The translations under genes were made by a program, and so were the position numbers. DNA of 64,000 nt from Gemmatimonadales bacterium. GTDB lineage: Bacteria; Gemmatimonadota; Gemmatimonadetes; Gemmatimonadales; GWC2-71-9. The DNA lies in assembly GCA_041615815.1 (NCBI GenBank), contig JBFJCP010000021.1:18638-82637 (forward strand), in the 5' to 3' direction. The notes under the pieces are model-generated. The model did not search any database. It had not been told where the DNA came from and saw only the letters and a program-made list of their open reading frames with translations. Positions 10,884 through 20,489 of the stretch are shown in pieces; position 1 is the stretch's first letter, and each line of letters begins with the position of its first letter.

Positions 10884-10941
10884 GGCGTGGTTGCATCTGC
10901 GATTGTTTCGGTCTAGATTGCGGTCGCGAAACTAGTTGAGA

Positions 10942-12927
10942 ATGAGTCTCATTCTGCTCTCCCGACGTCTTTTCCCGCTCTTTCTCGCGGTCTTGCTGAT
11001 CCGTCCGGATGTAGTGGCGGCGCAGGGACCCGATATCGCTCGTGCCCGCCGTCTCATCGACATCGCGACCATTGCCTTGGCCGAGTACGCAGAGGGAGTG
11101 ATCGATGGGGACGTCCTGCGGGTCGAGGAGCTGAACGAGGCCCGTCTGTTCCTCGAGCAAGCGCGCCCGGCGGCGGTGGAGTTCGGTGTCGAAGACATCG
11201 TAAACGAGATGGCGCGGGGTGTGAACGCCCTCAGTCCGCACGCGGAGCTGGAAAGCCTCCTGTCGCGTCTGCGGCGCGAACTGGAGTCCGCGCTCGGCGT
11301 GGCCCTCGACCCGCTCCCGTCCGCGGCACCATCGCTGGCGCGCGGCGCCGCGGTCTACAGGCAGGCTTGTGCGGCATGCCATGGCGAGACGGGGGCGGGA
11401 GGTCCACTGGCATCGACGCTCGATCCTCCGCCCGGAGACCTCACTGATCGCGCGGCGCTCGCCGGCGTTACCGTGACCGAGTTTTTCCGCAAGATCAACG
11501 TCGGCGTGGCCGGCACCGCGATGCCGGCGTTTGCGGATCAGCTGGCGATGGACGATCGGTGGGCGGTGGCGTTGTATGCCGCGTCGCTGCGATGGCCGTC
11601 GCCGAGTAAACAGGCCATCGAGCTCATGGCGAGCGGGTGCCCCGGGTGTCTGCTCTCGTTGAGTGACTTTGGTACGACCGCCGGTCTGAGCGACGATACG
11701 CTGCGTGCCGTGGTCGTCGAGCGGTTGGCGCTGCGTCCCGACGATACGCTGCTTCCCGAGCTCGTGGGCTACGCGCGCGCGGCCGGGGCGCGGGAGCATC
11801 TCGGTGCCGACGTGGAGCTGGAAGCCGCGCGGGTGGTGGCACGATCCGGGGCGCTGGTGGAGTCCGCGTTGGCGGCGGCGACGGCGGGCGACCGTGAGCT
11901 CGCCGACCAGCGGGCGGTGGACGCGTACCTCGCGTTTGAGCGAGTGGAAACCAGAGTACGCGCGCGCGATGCCAGGGCCGCCGCCCGCGTCGAGGCCGCC
12001 TTTGCCGAGCTCCGAGGCGCGCTGGCAGGCGGCTCGGCCTCGGAATGGGAGACGAAGCAGGCCGAGGTATCAGCGGCGTTGGAGGGAGCGCTCGACCGGC
12101 TGACGACGCAGGCGTCCCCATGGGTGCTCTTCAGTCAGTCGCTGATCATCATGTTGCGCGAGGGTCTCGAAGCCATCCTGATTATCGGTGCGCTGGTCGC
12201 GTTTCTGACTCGAGCCGGCGCGGGAGCCCAAAAACGCGAGATCGGGTGGGGCGTGCTGGCGGCCCTCGGGGCCAGCGCCATTACCGCCGTCGGGTTTGCG
12301 ACGCTGTTCGGAAGTGCGGTGGTGGAACAGGAAATCCTCGAGGGCGTGACGATGCTAGTGGGGTCGGCGGTCCTGTTTTGGGTTTCCTACTGGCTCGTGT
12401 CCAAGATCGAGGTTCGGAAGTGGCAGCAATTCGTGCGCGCCCAGATGCAGCGTGCGCTGAGGAGCAAGCGGACCTGGGCGCTCGCCGCAGTAGCGTTCCT
12501 TGCGGTCTATCGCGAAGGCTTCGAGACGGTGTTGTTCTACGCCGCGTTGTTTTCGAGCGCCGACGGTGCCGTGGGAGGATCGTCAGCCATCGTGGTGGGA
12601 ATCCTGATCGGCTCGGCGCTCTTGGGGGTGATCTACTATCTCATGCAGCGGTTTGGCGTTCGGCTCCCTCTCAAGCCGTTCTTTGCGGTCACGAGCACGT
12701 TGCTCTACGTCATGGCGTTTAGCTTCGCGGGCCAGGGTGTGGCGGAATTACAGGAAGCCGGGGTCATCTCGCTCACACCGCTGTCGTGGATTCCGAGCTT
12801 GCCGGCCCTCGGAATCTTCCCCACCTTGCAAACAGCTGTTAGCCAGCTGGTGCTGTGTGTCGCCCTCGGGGTGGCGCTGGTTTGGATCTTCTGGCTCGAG
12901 CCAAAGACGGTGCGGGCCCGCGCCTGA
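10942..12927 (+). CDS. Cytochrome c / FTR1-family iron (lead) permease fusion, PbrT-like
   Basis: CAACH heme motif and GTAMPAF axial Met; two RExxE motifs (REGLE, REGFE) in a multi-TM C-terminal domain. Confidence 0.88.
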   Translation: MSLILLSRRLFPLFLAVLLIRPDVVAAQGPDIARARRLIDIATIALAEYAEGVIDGDVLRVEELNEARLFLEQARPAAVEFGVEDIVNEMARGVNALSPHAELESLLSRLRRELESALGVALDPLPSAAPSLARGAAVYRQACAACHGETGAGGPLASTLDPPPGDLTDRAALAGVTVTEFFRKINVGVAGTAMPAFADQLAMDDRWAVALYAASLRWPSPSKQAIELMASGCPGCLLSLSDFGTTAGLSDDTLRAVVVERLALRPDDTLLPELVGYARAAGAREHLGADVELEAARVVARSGALVESALAAATAGDRELADQRAVDAYLAFERVETRVRARDARAAARVEAAFAELRGALAGGSASEWETKQAEVSAALEGALDRLTTQASPWVLFSQSLIIMLREGLEAILIIGALVAFLTRAGAGAQKREIGWGVLAALGASAITAVGFATLFGSAVVEQEILEGVTMLVGSAVLFWVSYWLVSKIEVRKWQQFVRAQMQRALRSKRTWALAAVAFLAVYREGFETVLFYAALFSSADGAVGGSSAIVVGILIGSALLGVIYYLMQRFGVRLPLKPFFAVTSTLLYVMAFSFAGQGVAELQEAGVISLTPLSWIPSLPALGIFPTLQTAVSQLVLCVALGVALVWIFWLEPKTVRARA

Positions 12928-13007
12928 GCTTCCAGCCCCGCGGCGCGCGGCCGCTGGCCTCAATCAACATCATGGACACTCCTGACCGGCGTTCGTCGTG
13001 CTCATCC

Positions 13008-13040
13008 TCCCGGCACGGCGCAGGATTCGCCGTGCCGGGA
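13008..13040. terminator. 13-bp inverted repeat (terminator or operator) between the FTR1 and BTAD genes
   Basis: TCCCGGCACGGCG-caggatt-CGCCGTGCCGGGA; weak U tract. Confidence 0.45.
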
Positions 13041-13098
13041 TTCCACTCGACGCAGGCGCACCCTGTACCGTGGGGTAGGGTAATCGAGAAAGCGTAGC

Positions 13099-15246
13099 AT
13101 GAACGGCGAGTCTAGCGGCGATCTCCTTCGCCTCGAACTCTTATGCTTTGGGCCACCCACCGCTCGGGTGGGCGGCGACACTCCGCCCCCGGACGTTTTG
13201 TGGCGCAAGCACCTCGCGTTGCTGGTGTATCTGGCCCTCTCTCCCGATCTCACGCGCACGCGGGAGCATCTGCTGGGGCTGCTCTGGCCCGAGAAAACGC
13301 AGGATAAGGCACGGCATTCGCTCAACGAGGCTACCCGACGGCTCCGGACTGGCTTGGGCGCAAACCGGCTGATCTCCCGGGGAGACTCCCTGACGCTCAA
13401 CCGAATCGACCTCGACGTCGATGCCCTGCGATTCGACGATTTAGCACAGCGCGATCCCGAGGCGGCAACGGCGCTGCTCCGCGGCGATTTTCTGGAAGGA
13501 TTCACCGTCGACGGCTCCACCACGTTCGAGGATTGGTCGAGCGAGCGGCGATCGCACTATCGGGCGGTGGGCGCGCGGTTGTTGGTGCGGGAAGGCGAAA
13601 CCGCACTCGCGGCGAGTCGCTTCCCGACGGCGCGTGACACCGCCCGCGAGGCGTTGGCACTCCTACCCGGTCACGAGCCGGCGGTGAGCCTTGCCATGAG
13701 GGCAGCGGCGCTTTCGGGTGATGCCTCGAGCGCGCTCGCGGTGTTTCATGAGTTTCGCGAGCGCCTCCAAGACGAGTTGGGGGAAGCACCGAGTCGTGAG
13801 CTCGAAGCCCTGGCAGAGCGGATTCGGTCGGAGCGATGGCGCCGGCTGACCGGTAGGCACGCCGACCCCGAACCGGCGCTGATCATGCAGCCGGGCGTGC
13901 ACGATCGTGCCTTCGCCGTCGTGGAGGAGGGTGTTCGGAGCGGCGCTCGGGCGTTGGTGATTACGGGTGACCCCGGCCTGGGCAAGACCCGCCTCCTCAC
14001 TGAGAGCGTCGAGCGGCTACAGTTGGCCGGTGCCGCGGTGGTGGTGGCGCGACCCCTGGAGAGCGATCACGATGCGCCGTGGAGCGCCCTCCGCCAGCTG
14101 ATGCATGCGGGGTTGGCCGATGCCCCCGGACTCGCCGGGGCCGATCCCGACGCGTTGGGGGTGTTGGCTGCCATCGTTCCCGATCTGGCCGACCGGTTCG
14201 ATTCCATTCCACCGCGAGACGTGGGGCACGTGGTGACATCGCTCACCTCGCTCCTGCGAGCCGTCGCCGACGAGCACCCGCTTGGAATCGCGCTCGACGA
14301 CGCGCACTTCGCGGATGGGTCGACCCTAGGCGCGCTTGGCGAAGCGATTCGGCAGGTGCGATCGGCGGGGGTGGTGTTGATCCTCGCAACACAGCCAGCG
14401 AGCGAAGATCTGCCCCGCGAACTGGTGAAGCTGCTGGGCGATGTGGGTCGCGGTATTCCCGGTACCATTGTGCAGCTCGCCCCGCTCGCCGATCAGGCCA
14501 TGGTCGACCTGGTGGCCGGTCTCGCCGGGTGGTGCGAAACACCCGACGATCGCGATCGTCTTGCTCGCCGCATCATCCACGAGGCACAGGGGAACCCGTT
14601 TCTCGCCGTAACGTTGCTGCGAGACTTGCAGCAGACCTCGACGCTGAAACGTGATCTCTTGTCGTGGCCGCCGCCGCGGGAGACCTACGAATCACCGCTG
14701 CCCAATGTACCGGCTCCGGTGCGGATGGCGATCGTTGCCCGCTTTTCCGCACTGGCTGAAGAAACTCGACAGGTCCTGCGGGTGGCCAGTATCGGTGGAC
14801 TGGCGTTGGATCCGGCGCTCATTGCGGCGCTCACCGATCTTCCGGAGAGCCGTGTGGAAGATCAGGTGGATCGGCTGGAGCAAGCGAGGTTCGTCACGTT
14901 CGAGGGCGAGCGCTTTGCGTTTGCCGCACCACTACTGGCCGAGGTCGTGTGCCTGGAATGTCTCACCCCCGGTCAGCGCGAGCGCCTCCGCAAACGTGCC
15001 ATCGGCGCCCTGGCGGAGCGAACCGACGTCGAGTCCCGAGTTCTCCGTGCGGAGCTGCGGGCCCGTGTCGAGCCCGGCCCCAACGCGTTTGCCGATGCCG
15101 TGGCCGTGGCCCATGCGGCGCTGGAGAACGGTTCCGACCGCACGGCCCGCCGCGCACTCCATGCGGCGCAGCGCGCCGCTCGCGGATGTGGCGAAGACGC
15201 CCAGGCCACGTTGGCAGAGCTCCGAACCAAGTTCGAACGGGCATGA
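13099..15246 (+). CDS. SARP/BTAD-domain transcriptional regulator with AAA ATPase domain
   Basis: N-terminal wHTH (LLVYLAL..REHLLGLLWPE), BTAD (LRGDFLEGF..FEDW), Walker A GDPGLGKT, LDDAHFAD, GNPF. Confidence 0.88.
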   Translation: MNGESSGDLLRLELLCFGPPTARVGGDTPPPDVLWRKHLALLVYLALSPDLTRTREHLLGLLWPEKTQDKARHSLNEATRRLRTGLGANRLISRGDSLTLNRIDLDVDALRFDDLAQRDPEAATALLRGDFLEGFTVDGSTTFEDWSSERRSHYRAVGARLLVREGETALAASRFPTARDTAREALALLPGHEPAVSLAMRAAALSGDASSALAVFHEFRERLQDELGEAPSRELEALAERIRSERWRRLTGRHADPEPALIMQPGVHDRAFAVVEEGVRSGARALVITGDPGLGKTRLLTESVERLQLAGAAVVVARPLESDHDAPWSALRQLMHAGLADAPGLAGADPDALGVLAAIVPDLADRFDSIPPRDVGHVVTSLTSLLRAVADEHPLGIALDDAHFADGSTLGALGEAIRQVRSAGVVLILATQPASEDLPRELVKLLGDVGRGIPGTIVQLAPLADQAMVDLVAGLAGWCETPDDRDRLARRIIHEAQGNPFLAVTLLRDLQQTSTLKRDLLSWPPPRETYESPLPNVPAPVRMAIVARFSALAEETRQVLRVASIGGLALDPALIAALTDLPESRVEDQVDRLEQARFVTFEGERFAFAAPLLAEVVCLECLTPGQRERLRKRAIGALAERTDVESRVLRAELRARVEPGPNAFADAVAVAHAALENGSDRTARRALHAAQRAARGCGEDAQATLAELRTKFERA

Positions 15247-15254
15247 GACGGGGA

Positions 15255-15412
15255 TAAACGAAGCGGGGGCGGGGACCCTCCTTCCCCGCACCCCGCGGCC
15301 GGCTGAAGGTCCTCTGGGAGCAGATCGAGGACGGTGGGAGCCGGCAGGACCTTCGTGGTCGGGCAACGACTCGATATCGTCTCCTCGAAGTTGAGTGTCC
15401 GGGCCGACGGCA
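15255..15412 (-). ncRNA. Candidate structured small RNA
   Basis: TATGCT -10-like box at 15423-15418, two hairpins with complementary loops, then a terminator; no family recognised. Confidence 0.35.
15263..15296 (-). terminator. Intrinsic terminator hairpin, U-rich tail on the minus strand
   Basis: GCGGGG-GCGGGGA/TCCCCGC-A-CCCCGC stem; minus-strand tail TTCGTTTAT. Confidence 0.55.
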
Positions 15413-15481
15413 GCGTGAGCATAGGTGCCGGCAGTCAAGCGAGGCACAAGTGGAAAGGGTGTCGCGGTCAACCCGTTGCCA

Positions 15482-16453
15482 ATGGCCTTTTCCAGCAATG
15501 GGCGAGCGGATGGCGCCTCCGCTCCCGCGGGCCGCCGGGCCCGCGAGCGTTCAGCAGGCCATGTTGCCGGGGTTGCGGTTGGGGGGCACCACCACCTTTG
15601 CTGGGAGTGTCTCATTCGACGCGATTTTCTGCCTCTGGTTCGTGAGGAGCTCGACGGGCGCTTCCAGGTCGATCGTGAGATCGCTCGTGGTGGTGCCGCC
15701 CGCGTGTTCCTTGCGACGAATGCGTCCGGACACCCCGTCGCGCTCAAGGTTCTGCACCCCGCGCTCGCCGTGTCCGTGGCGGCCGACCGATTTCTCCAAG
15801 AGATCGCGATTCTCACCCGCTTGGATCACCCGCACATCGCGAAGTTGCTGGACTGGGGTGAGACGGACCGGGTGGTGTACTACGCAATGGCGTTCGTGGA
15901 CGGGCCCACGCTCCGTGACCATATCGATGCCGTCACGCACTGCACGTTGGCGGACACGCGCCGGATCGGCCGAGATCTCCTCGACGCCCTCCAGTACGCG
16001 CACGGCGAGGGGATCGTCCATCGGGATGTCAAGCCGGACAACATTGTGCTGTCCGGTCGCGGGGCCGTGCTGCTGGATTTCGGTATTGCCCGCGCGATTG
16101 CCCGGGCCGGTACTGATCGACTGACGCGATCAGGCTTTTGCGTGGGCACGTCGGCGTACATGAGTCCAGAACAGGTGCAGGCCTTTGAGGACATCGATGA
16201 GCGCACCGACCTCTATTCGTTGGGCTGTGTTCTGTTCGAATGCCTTGCTGGAACGCCGCCGTTCACGGCGCAGCGTGAAGACGTCGTGCTGCGTCAGCAT
16301 ATCGAGGGTAACGTTCCTGATATTCGGTCGGTGCGTGATGAGGTGGACGAGCGGTTGAGCCGGACGCTTGCCAAAGCGCTGGCCACGGATCGCGAGGCCC
16401 GGTGGCGGTCCGCTCGCGAGATGTTGGCCGAGTTGCGGCCAGAGGCCCGCTAG
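15482..16453 (+). CDS. Stand-alone Hanks-type Ser/Thr protein kinase
   Basis: VALK, HRDVKPDN, DFG, GTSAYMSPE, DLYSLG motifs; start uncertain (ATG 15482 or near 15614). Confidence 0.9.
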   Translation: MAFSSNGRADGASAPAGRRARERSAGHVAGVAVGGHHHLCWECLIRRDFLPLVREELDGRFQVDREIARGGAARVFLATNASGHPVALKVLHPALAVSVAADRFLQEIAILTRLDHPHIAKLLDWGETDRVVYYAMAFVDGPTLRDHIDAVTHCTLADTRRIGRDLLDALQYAHGEGIVHRDVKPDNIVLSGRGAVLLDFGIARAIARAGTDRLTRSGFCVGTSAYMSPEQVQAFEDIDERTDLYSLGCVLFECLAGTPPFTAQREDVVLRQHIEGNVPDIRSVRDEVDERLSRTLAKALATDREARWRSAREMLAELRPEAR

Positions 16454-17298
16454 GGTCGGGTGGCTCGCTGTGGATGAACGACTGCCTCCGGCGGGATGCG
16501 AAGCTCGTCGGATGTCGACCACCGAACCATCAGCCCCACCCCCAAGAGGACTACGGCGGTGCTCGCGGCCTGCGCCAGCGTGAACGGTCCCAACACCCGA
16601 TCGTCCTTGGCGCGCAGAAACTCCACGAGGAATCGCTCGACGCCTGCGAAAATCAGGTACACGCTGAAGAGCCAGCCCACGGCATGGCGGTGCTTCCGGA
16701 GACGCCATAGCACCCAAAACACCGCGAGCATCGCAGCCACTTCGTAGAGCTGGGTGGGGTGCACGGCGAGAAGCTCGCCGGGGGTCATCCCGGGAGGGAC
16801 ATCCACGCCAAAGAGCGTCGCCAGGTTCTGCGCCGTGGTGGGAGGCAACCCCTCGGGAAATCGCATCCCCCACGGAAGACGGGTCGGCACCCCGTAGTCG
16901 TCCTGAACTAGAAAGCAGCCGACACGGCCGAGGGCATACCCAAGTGCGAGTCCAGGAGCCGCGAGCTCCAGTGTGAGTCGCATCGGGACGCGCCGAATCC
17001 ACCCGTTCAAGAGGACGGCCGCGGTCCCGCCAATGAACCCGCCGTACCACACCAGCCCGCCGCGCGACAGCAGCGCTCCCGGATCGCCGTAGAGCGCGAC
17101 GTACCAGAGTTTCGCTCCGAGAATGCCTCCAATGACCGCGGCCACCACGATGTCGGCCGCGTAGGCGTCGTTCAGACCCCGCTCCCTGAGCGCGTGCTGG
17201 ATCACCCATCCGGCCATCAGGAAGCCGACCATCATCATGAGACCGTAGCCCGTGATTTCGATGGGCCCGAGGTGGAAGACCAGGGGATAGACGGTCAT
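16450..17298 (-). CDS. lgt: Prolipoprotein diacylglyceryl transferase
   Basis: GGLVWYGG, GRVGCFL, HPTQLYE, RFLVEFLR. Confidence 0.92.
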   Translation of the reverse strand: MTVYPLVFHLGPIEITGYGLMMMVGFLMAGWVIQHALRERGLNDAYAADIVVAAVIGGILGAKLWYVALYGDPGALLSRGGLVWYGGFIGGTAAVLLNGWIRRVPMRLTLELAAPGLALGYALGRVGCFLVQDDYGVPTRLPWGMRFPEGLPPTTAQNLATLFGVDVPPGMTPGELLAVHPTQLYEVAAMLAVFWVLWRLRKHRHAVGWLFSVYLIFAGVERFLVEFLRAKDDRVLGPFTLAQAASTAVVLLGVGLMVRWSTSDELRIPPEAVVHPQRATRP

Positions 17299-18344
17299 GA
17301 GGTCTTGGGGTCGGACGTGGTGGGAGCGGACGGCCGCCGTAGGCCCGGCCATCGCATTCGCGGATCCGCTTCCAGGTACCAATTGCTGGCGTGACCGCGT
17401 TCGAGGTGAAACCAACCGGCCCGGGCGATCATGGCGGCGTTGTCGAGATTCAGACGGGGGCGGGCAACCGCCACGCGGACGGTACGGCCAAACCTAGCGG
17501 CAAACGCGGCACGAAGGGCGCGGTTGCAGGCCACCCCTCCACCCAGCACTACGGTTGGATAGCCCGTGCGGTCCACGGCGGCGGACGTCTTGCCCACGAG
17601 GACGTCTAGCACGGCAGCCTGAAATGAAGCAGCGACATTCGCCCGTTCGCTTACGAGATCGTCCAATGCGCGAACGGTATGAAGGACGGCGGTCTTGAGC
17701 CCGCTGAAGGAGAAATCGAACCCATCGCCCAACATCGGGCGGGGCAGGTTGAAGCTCGGCGAGCCCTCGGCTGCCAATCGCTCGATAGCGGGCCCACCCG
17801 GATACTCCAATCCCAGCATGCTGGCCACTTTGTCGAAGGCCTCACCGGCCGCATCGTCTCTGGTCTCTCCGAGCACCACATACTCGCCCCACGCCGGCAC
17901 ATCGAGCAGCAGCGTGTGCCCGCCGGAGACGATGAGCGCGATGAATGGCGGTTCCAGGTGTGGATCTTCGAGCGTCGGGGCGAAGACGTGGCCCTCGAGA
18001 TGGTGCACGCCAATGAGGGCGCGATTGCCGGCCGCCGCTAGGGCCTTACCGTAGCAAAGCCCCACGAGGAGTGAACCGATCAAGCCCGGTCCGGCGGTGA
18101 CCGCAATCGCGTCCACGGCGCCGAGCGGGATCCCGGCTTCCGCCAGTGCGCGGTCTACGACGGGGCCGATGGCACGGACGTGCGCCCGACTCGCCAACTC
18201 GGGGACGACGCCGCCGAAGATCTTGTGCACATCCTGGGACAGGATCACCAAGCTGGCGAGCTCGGGCCCTCGTCCGTTTCGCACGAGCACGGCCGCGGAG
18301 GTTTCGTCACATGAGGTTTCGATGCCCAGGACGACATCAGCCAC
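17295..18344 (-). CDS. tsaD: tRNA N6-adenosine threonylcarbamoyltransferase
   Basis: GIETSCDETS, GGVVPELASRAH, HHLEGH, SGGHT, DNAAMIA. Confidence 0.96.
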   Translation of the reverse strand: MADVVLGIETSCDETSAAVLVRNGRGPELASLVILSQDVHKIFGGVVPELASRAHVRAIGPVVDRALAEAGIPLGAVDAIAVTAGPGLIGSLLVGLCYGKALAAAGNRALIGVHHLEGHVFAPTLEDPHLEPPFIALIVSGGHTLLLDVPAWGEYVVLGETRDDAAGEAFDKVASMLGLEYPGGPAIERLAAEGSPSFNLPRPMLGDGFDFSFSGLKTAVLHTVRALDDLVSERANVAASFQAAVLDVLVGKTSAAVDRTGYPTVVLGGGVACNRALRAAFAARFGRTVRVAVARPRLNLDNAAMIARAGWFHLERGHASNWYLEADPRMRWPGLRRPSAPTTSDPKTS

Positions 18345-19260
18345 GTGTCCTCCGGCGCACCACGACCGTATCCGGAGAGGCCACGGCTTGAATTCCCGAA
18401 GGTGCCACGATGTTCAAGCGGACGACTTGCTCGGGATCGTCGCGCCTGAAGACCGCCACCGCCTCCACGCTGTCGCGGGTCAGCCGAGCCAGCCGGGCGC
18501 TCCTGCCCCGCACCGTCACCACGATGGCGGGCGGCTGACTCTCCCACTGACCGGCTTGGTCTCTTGGGAGGACGACGGGTACGCCCATGAGCACGCGTTC
18601 CGAAATGGGCCCCACGTCGACCGCGACTTCCACTTGTGCTGGTGAGACGCGCACCATCCCCATGCCGGACGTATCGAGGGGGACGGACTGCCGAACCGGC
18701 CCGGCGAGCCCGGTGAGTTCCAGGGGCAGCGTCGGCACCGACTCGATGCCACCCACCAGGCCGGCCGGTCCTCGCACCGTCACCGAGCTCGGTGCCAAGG
18801 CGAGGCCGAATTGCGAGTAGCCCGAGTCCGGCCGCACAGTGACGCGAGGGGTGACCTGGACCCTCCGTTGCGCCAGGTTATCCATCTGCACCACGATGAT
18901 CCGCGGCTGGATGTCCTGCACATTGACGTTTGCGTTGTCCACACTGCTCAATTCGGCGGGTGAGAGCTCCAAGGCGTAGGATGTACCGGTGACCGTATCG
19001 GGCACGATCCGTCTGATGACCGGAGGCGCGGCGTAGAGCTTGATGAGTTCACGGGAGGTTCCGGCGTACAGCGCCTGGACCGGCGGGAGCGAACGCGTCA
19101 GGGTCCTGCCTTCGGGCAGTCGGACTTGCAACTCCACGGGGACCAGCTGAGTGGTTGGTTCTTCGGCGGCCACCACTGCCCACAACACAGCCGAGAGGAC
19201 TAGGGCGGTGATCTTGATGGGCCAGTTCGTAAACAGCCAGTCGGGGACTTTAGGAGCCAC
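18337..19260 (-). CDS. CdaR/YbbR-family membrane protein
   Basis: NWPIKITALVLSAVLW N-terminal TM followed by beta-rich repeats with PSSVTVRGP; GTG start 19260. Confidence 0.8.
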   Translation of the reverse strand: MAPKVPDWLFTNWPIKITALVLSAVLWAVVAAEEPTTQLVPVELQVRLPEGRTLTRSLPPVQALYAGTSRELIKLYAAPPVIRRIVPDTVTGTSYALELSPAELSSVDNANVNVQDIQPRIIVVQMDNLAQRRVQVTPRVTVRPDSGYSQFGLALAPSSVTVRGPAGLVGGIESVPTLPLELTGLAGPVRQSVPLDTSGMGMVRVSPAQVEVAVDVGPISERVLMGVPVVLPRDQAGQWESQPPAIVVTVRGRSARLARLTRDSVEAVAVFRRDDPEQVVRLNIVAPSGIQAVASPDTVVVRRRTRG

Positions 19261-19816
19261 TGACCTCGGCCGGTCCTCCGCCCCCAACACCGAGAAGTTG
19301 GCGGAACAGAGCTTTCTGGGTCGGGTGATCCCACTCGAGTGGGCCAATGACCTTCTTGACGATCACCCCTTCCCGATTGATGACGAAGCTTTCCGGGTAC
19401 CCGGTGACTTGATACGTGGTTTCGATCCGGCCCGACCGATCGTGCAGGATTTCGAACGTGAGGTCTCGCTCTCGGACCCACTGCATGACGTGGTCTGGGC
19501 CCGCCTCGTCCACGCTCAGCGCCACGATCCTCAATCCGTGAGGACCGAGTTCGTCGAAGAGCCGCTGCATGGAAGGCATCTCGTACTCACACGGGCCACA
19601 CCAGGTGGCCCAGATGTTGAACAGTACGACCTCGCCTTCGTACTGCGCGAGGCTGACGCTGTCCCCCTCGGTCAGATGAGCCGCGCGGAAGCTTGGCGCC
19701 CGCGTGCCCACGGCTACGGGCGTGTTCTCCGGCGCCATGGCGACGCCGAGGGTCAGGGCAACACCCAGACCTGCCACGATGCTTCCGACGGCGATCCACT
19801 GTCCTCTGTTTCTCAT
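19250..19816 (-). CDS. TlpA/ResA-family thiol-disulfide oxidoreductase
   Basis: N-terminal TM, NIWATWCGPC..EMP, YPESF. Confidence 0.9.
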   Translation of the reverse strand: MRNRGQWIAVGSIVAGLGVALTLGVAMAPENTPVAVGTRAPSFRAAHLTEGDSVSLAQYEGEVVLFNIWATWCGPCEYEMPSMQRLFDELGPHGLRIVALSVDEAGPDHVMQWVRERDLTFEILHDRSGRIETTYQVTGYPESFVINREGVIVKKVIGPLEWDHPTQKALFRQLLGVGGGGPAEVSGS

Positions 19817-19817
19817 A

Positions 19818-20489
19818 TCACACTACCGCGTAACAACGTTTTCGTAGTTCGCGCACTTGGGCGCGGGGATCCTTGGATCTAAATATGGCTGACCCGGCCA
19901 CAAACGTATCTGCCCCGGCGGCCCGAGCCCTCCCGATGGTGTCTGGGGCGATGCCGCCATCCACCTCGAGACGAGCCGCGCTGCCCCGCTCCTGCAGCAG
20001 CTGGCGGGCCCGGGCGATCTTACCCGTCGCGGCCGGGAGATAGGCCTGCCCGGCAAATCCCGGGTTTACGCTCATAATGAGCAACAAGTCGAGATCGGCG
20101 ACGAGTTCCGCGGCGTGGGCCAGTGGCGTCCCGGGATTGAGCGCAAGACCGGCCAGCATCCCCCTCGCCCGCACCGCCTCGAGCTGCCGCTGCGGGTGCC
20201 GAGTGGCTTCGGGATGAAGTGTGAACACCGAGGCCCCCGCGTCGGCGAACGCCTCAATGTAGCTCTCGGGTTCTTCTACCATCAGGTGGACGTCCAGCGG
20301 CAAACTGGTGACTCGCCTGAGCGCCTCGATCATCTTGGCACCAAAGGAGAGGTTCGGAACGAAACGACCGTCCATGACGTCCACGTGAATCCAATCCGCA
20401 CCTGCCTCCTCGACCGCTTGGACCTGCTCCGTCAGCGCCAGCAGGTCGGCGCTCAACACGCTCGGAACGATGTAGAGGTCCTGACTCAC
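19818..20489 (-). CDS. rpe: Ribulose-phosphate 3-epimerase
   Basis: HVDVMDGRFVPN, DVHLM, MSVNPGF, EVDGG. Confidence 0.96.
   Translation of the reverse strand: MSQDLYIVPSVLSADLLALTEQVQAVEEAGADWIHVDVMDGRFVPNLSFGAKMIEALRRVTSLPLDVHLMVEEPESYIEAFADAGASVFTLHPEATRHPQRQLEAVRARGMLAGLALNPGTPLAHAAELVADLDLLLIMSVNPGFAGQAYLPAATGKIARARQLLQERGSAARLEVDGGIAPDTIGRARAAGADTFVAGSAIFRSKDPRAQVRELRKRCYAVV

Noticed and set aside
12840..13005. Short minus-strand ORFs with SD-like motifs at the 3' end of the FTR1 gene
   Set aside because: Low-complexity, overlapping a real gene on the opposite strand, and no supporting motif.
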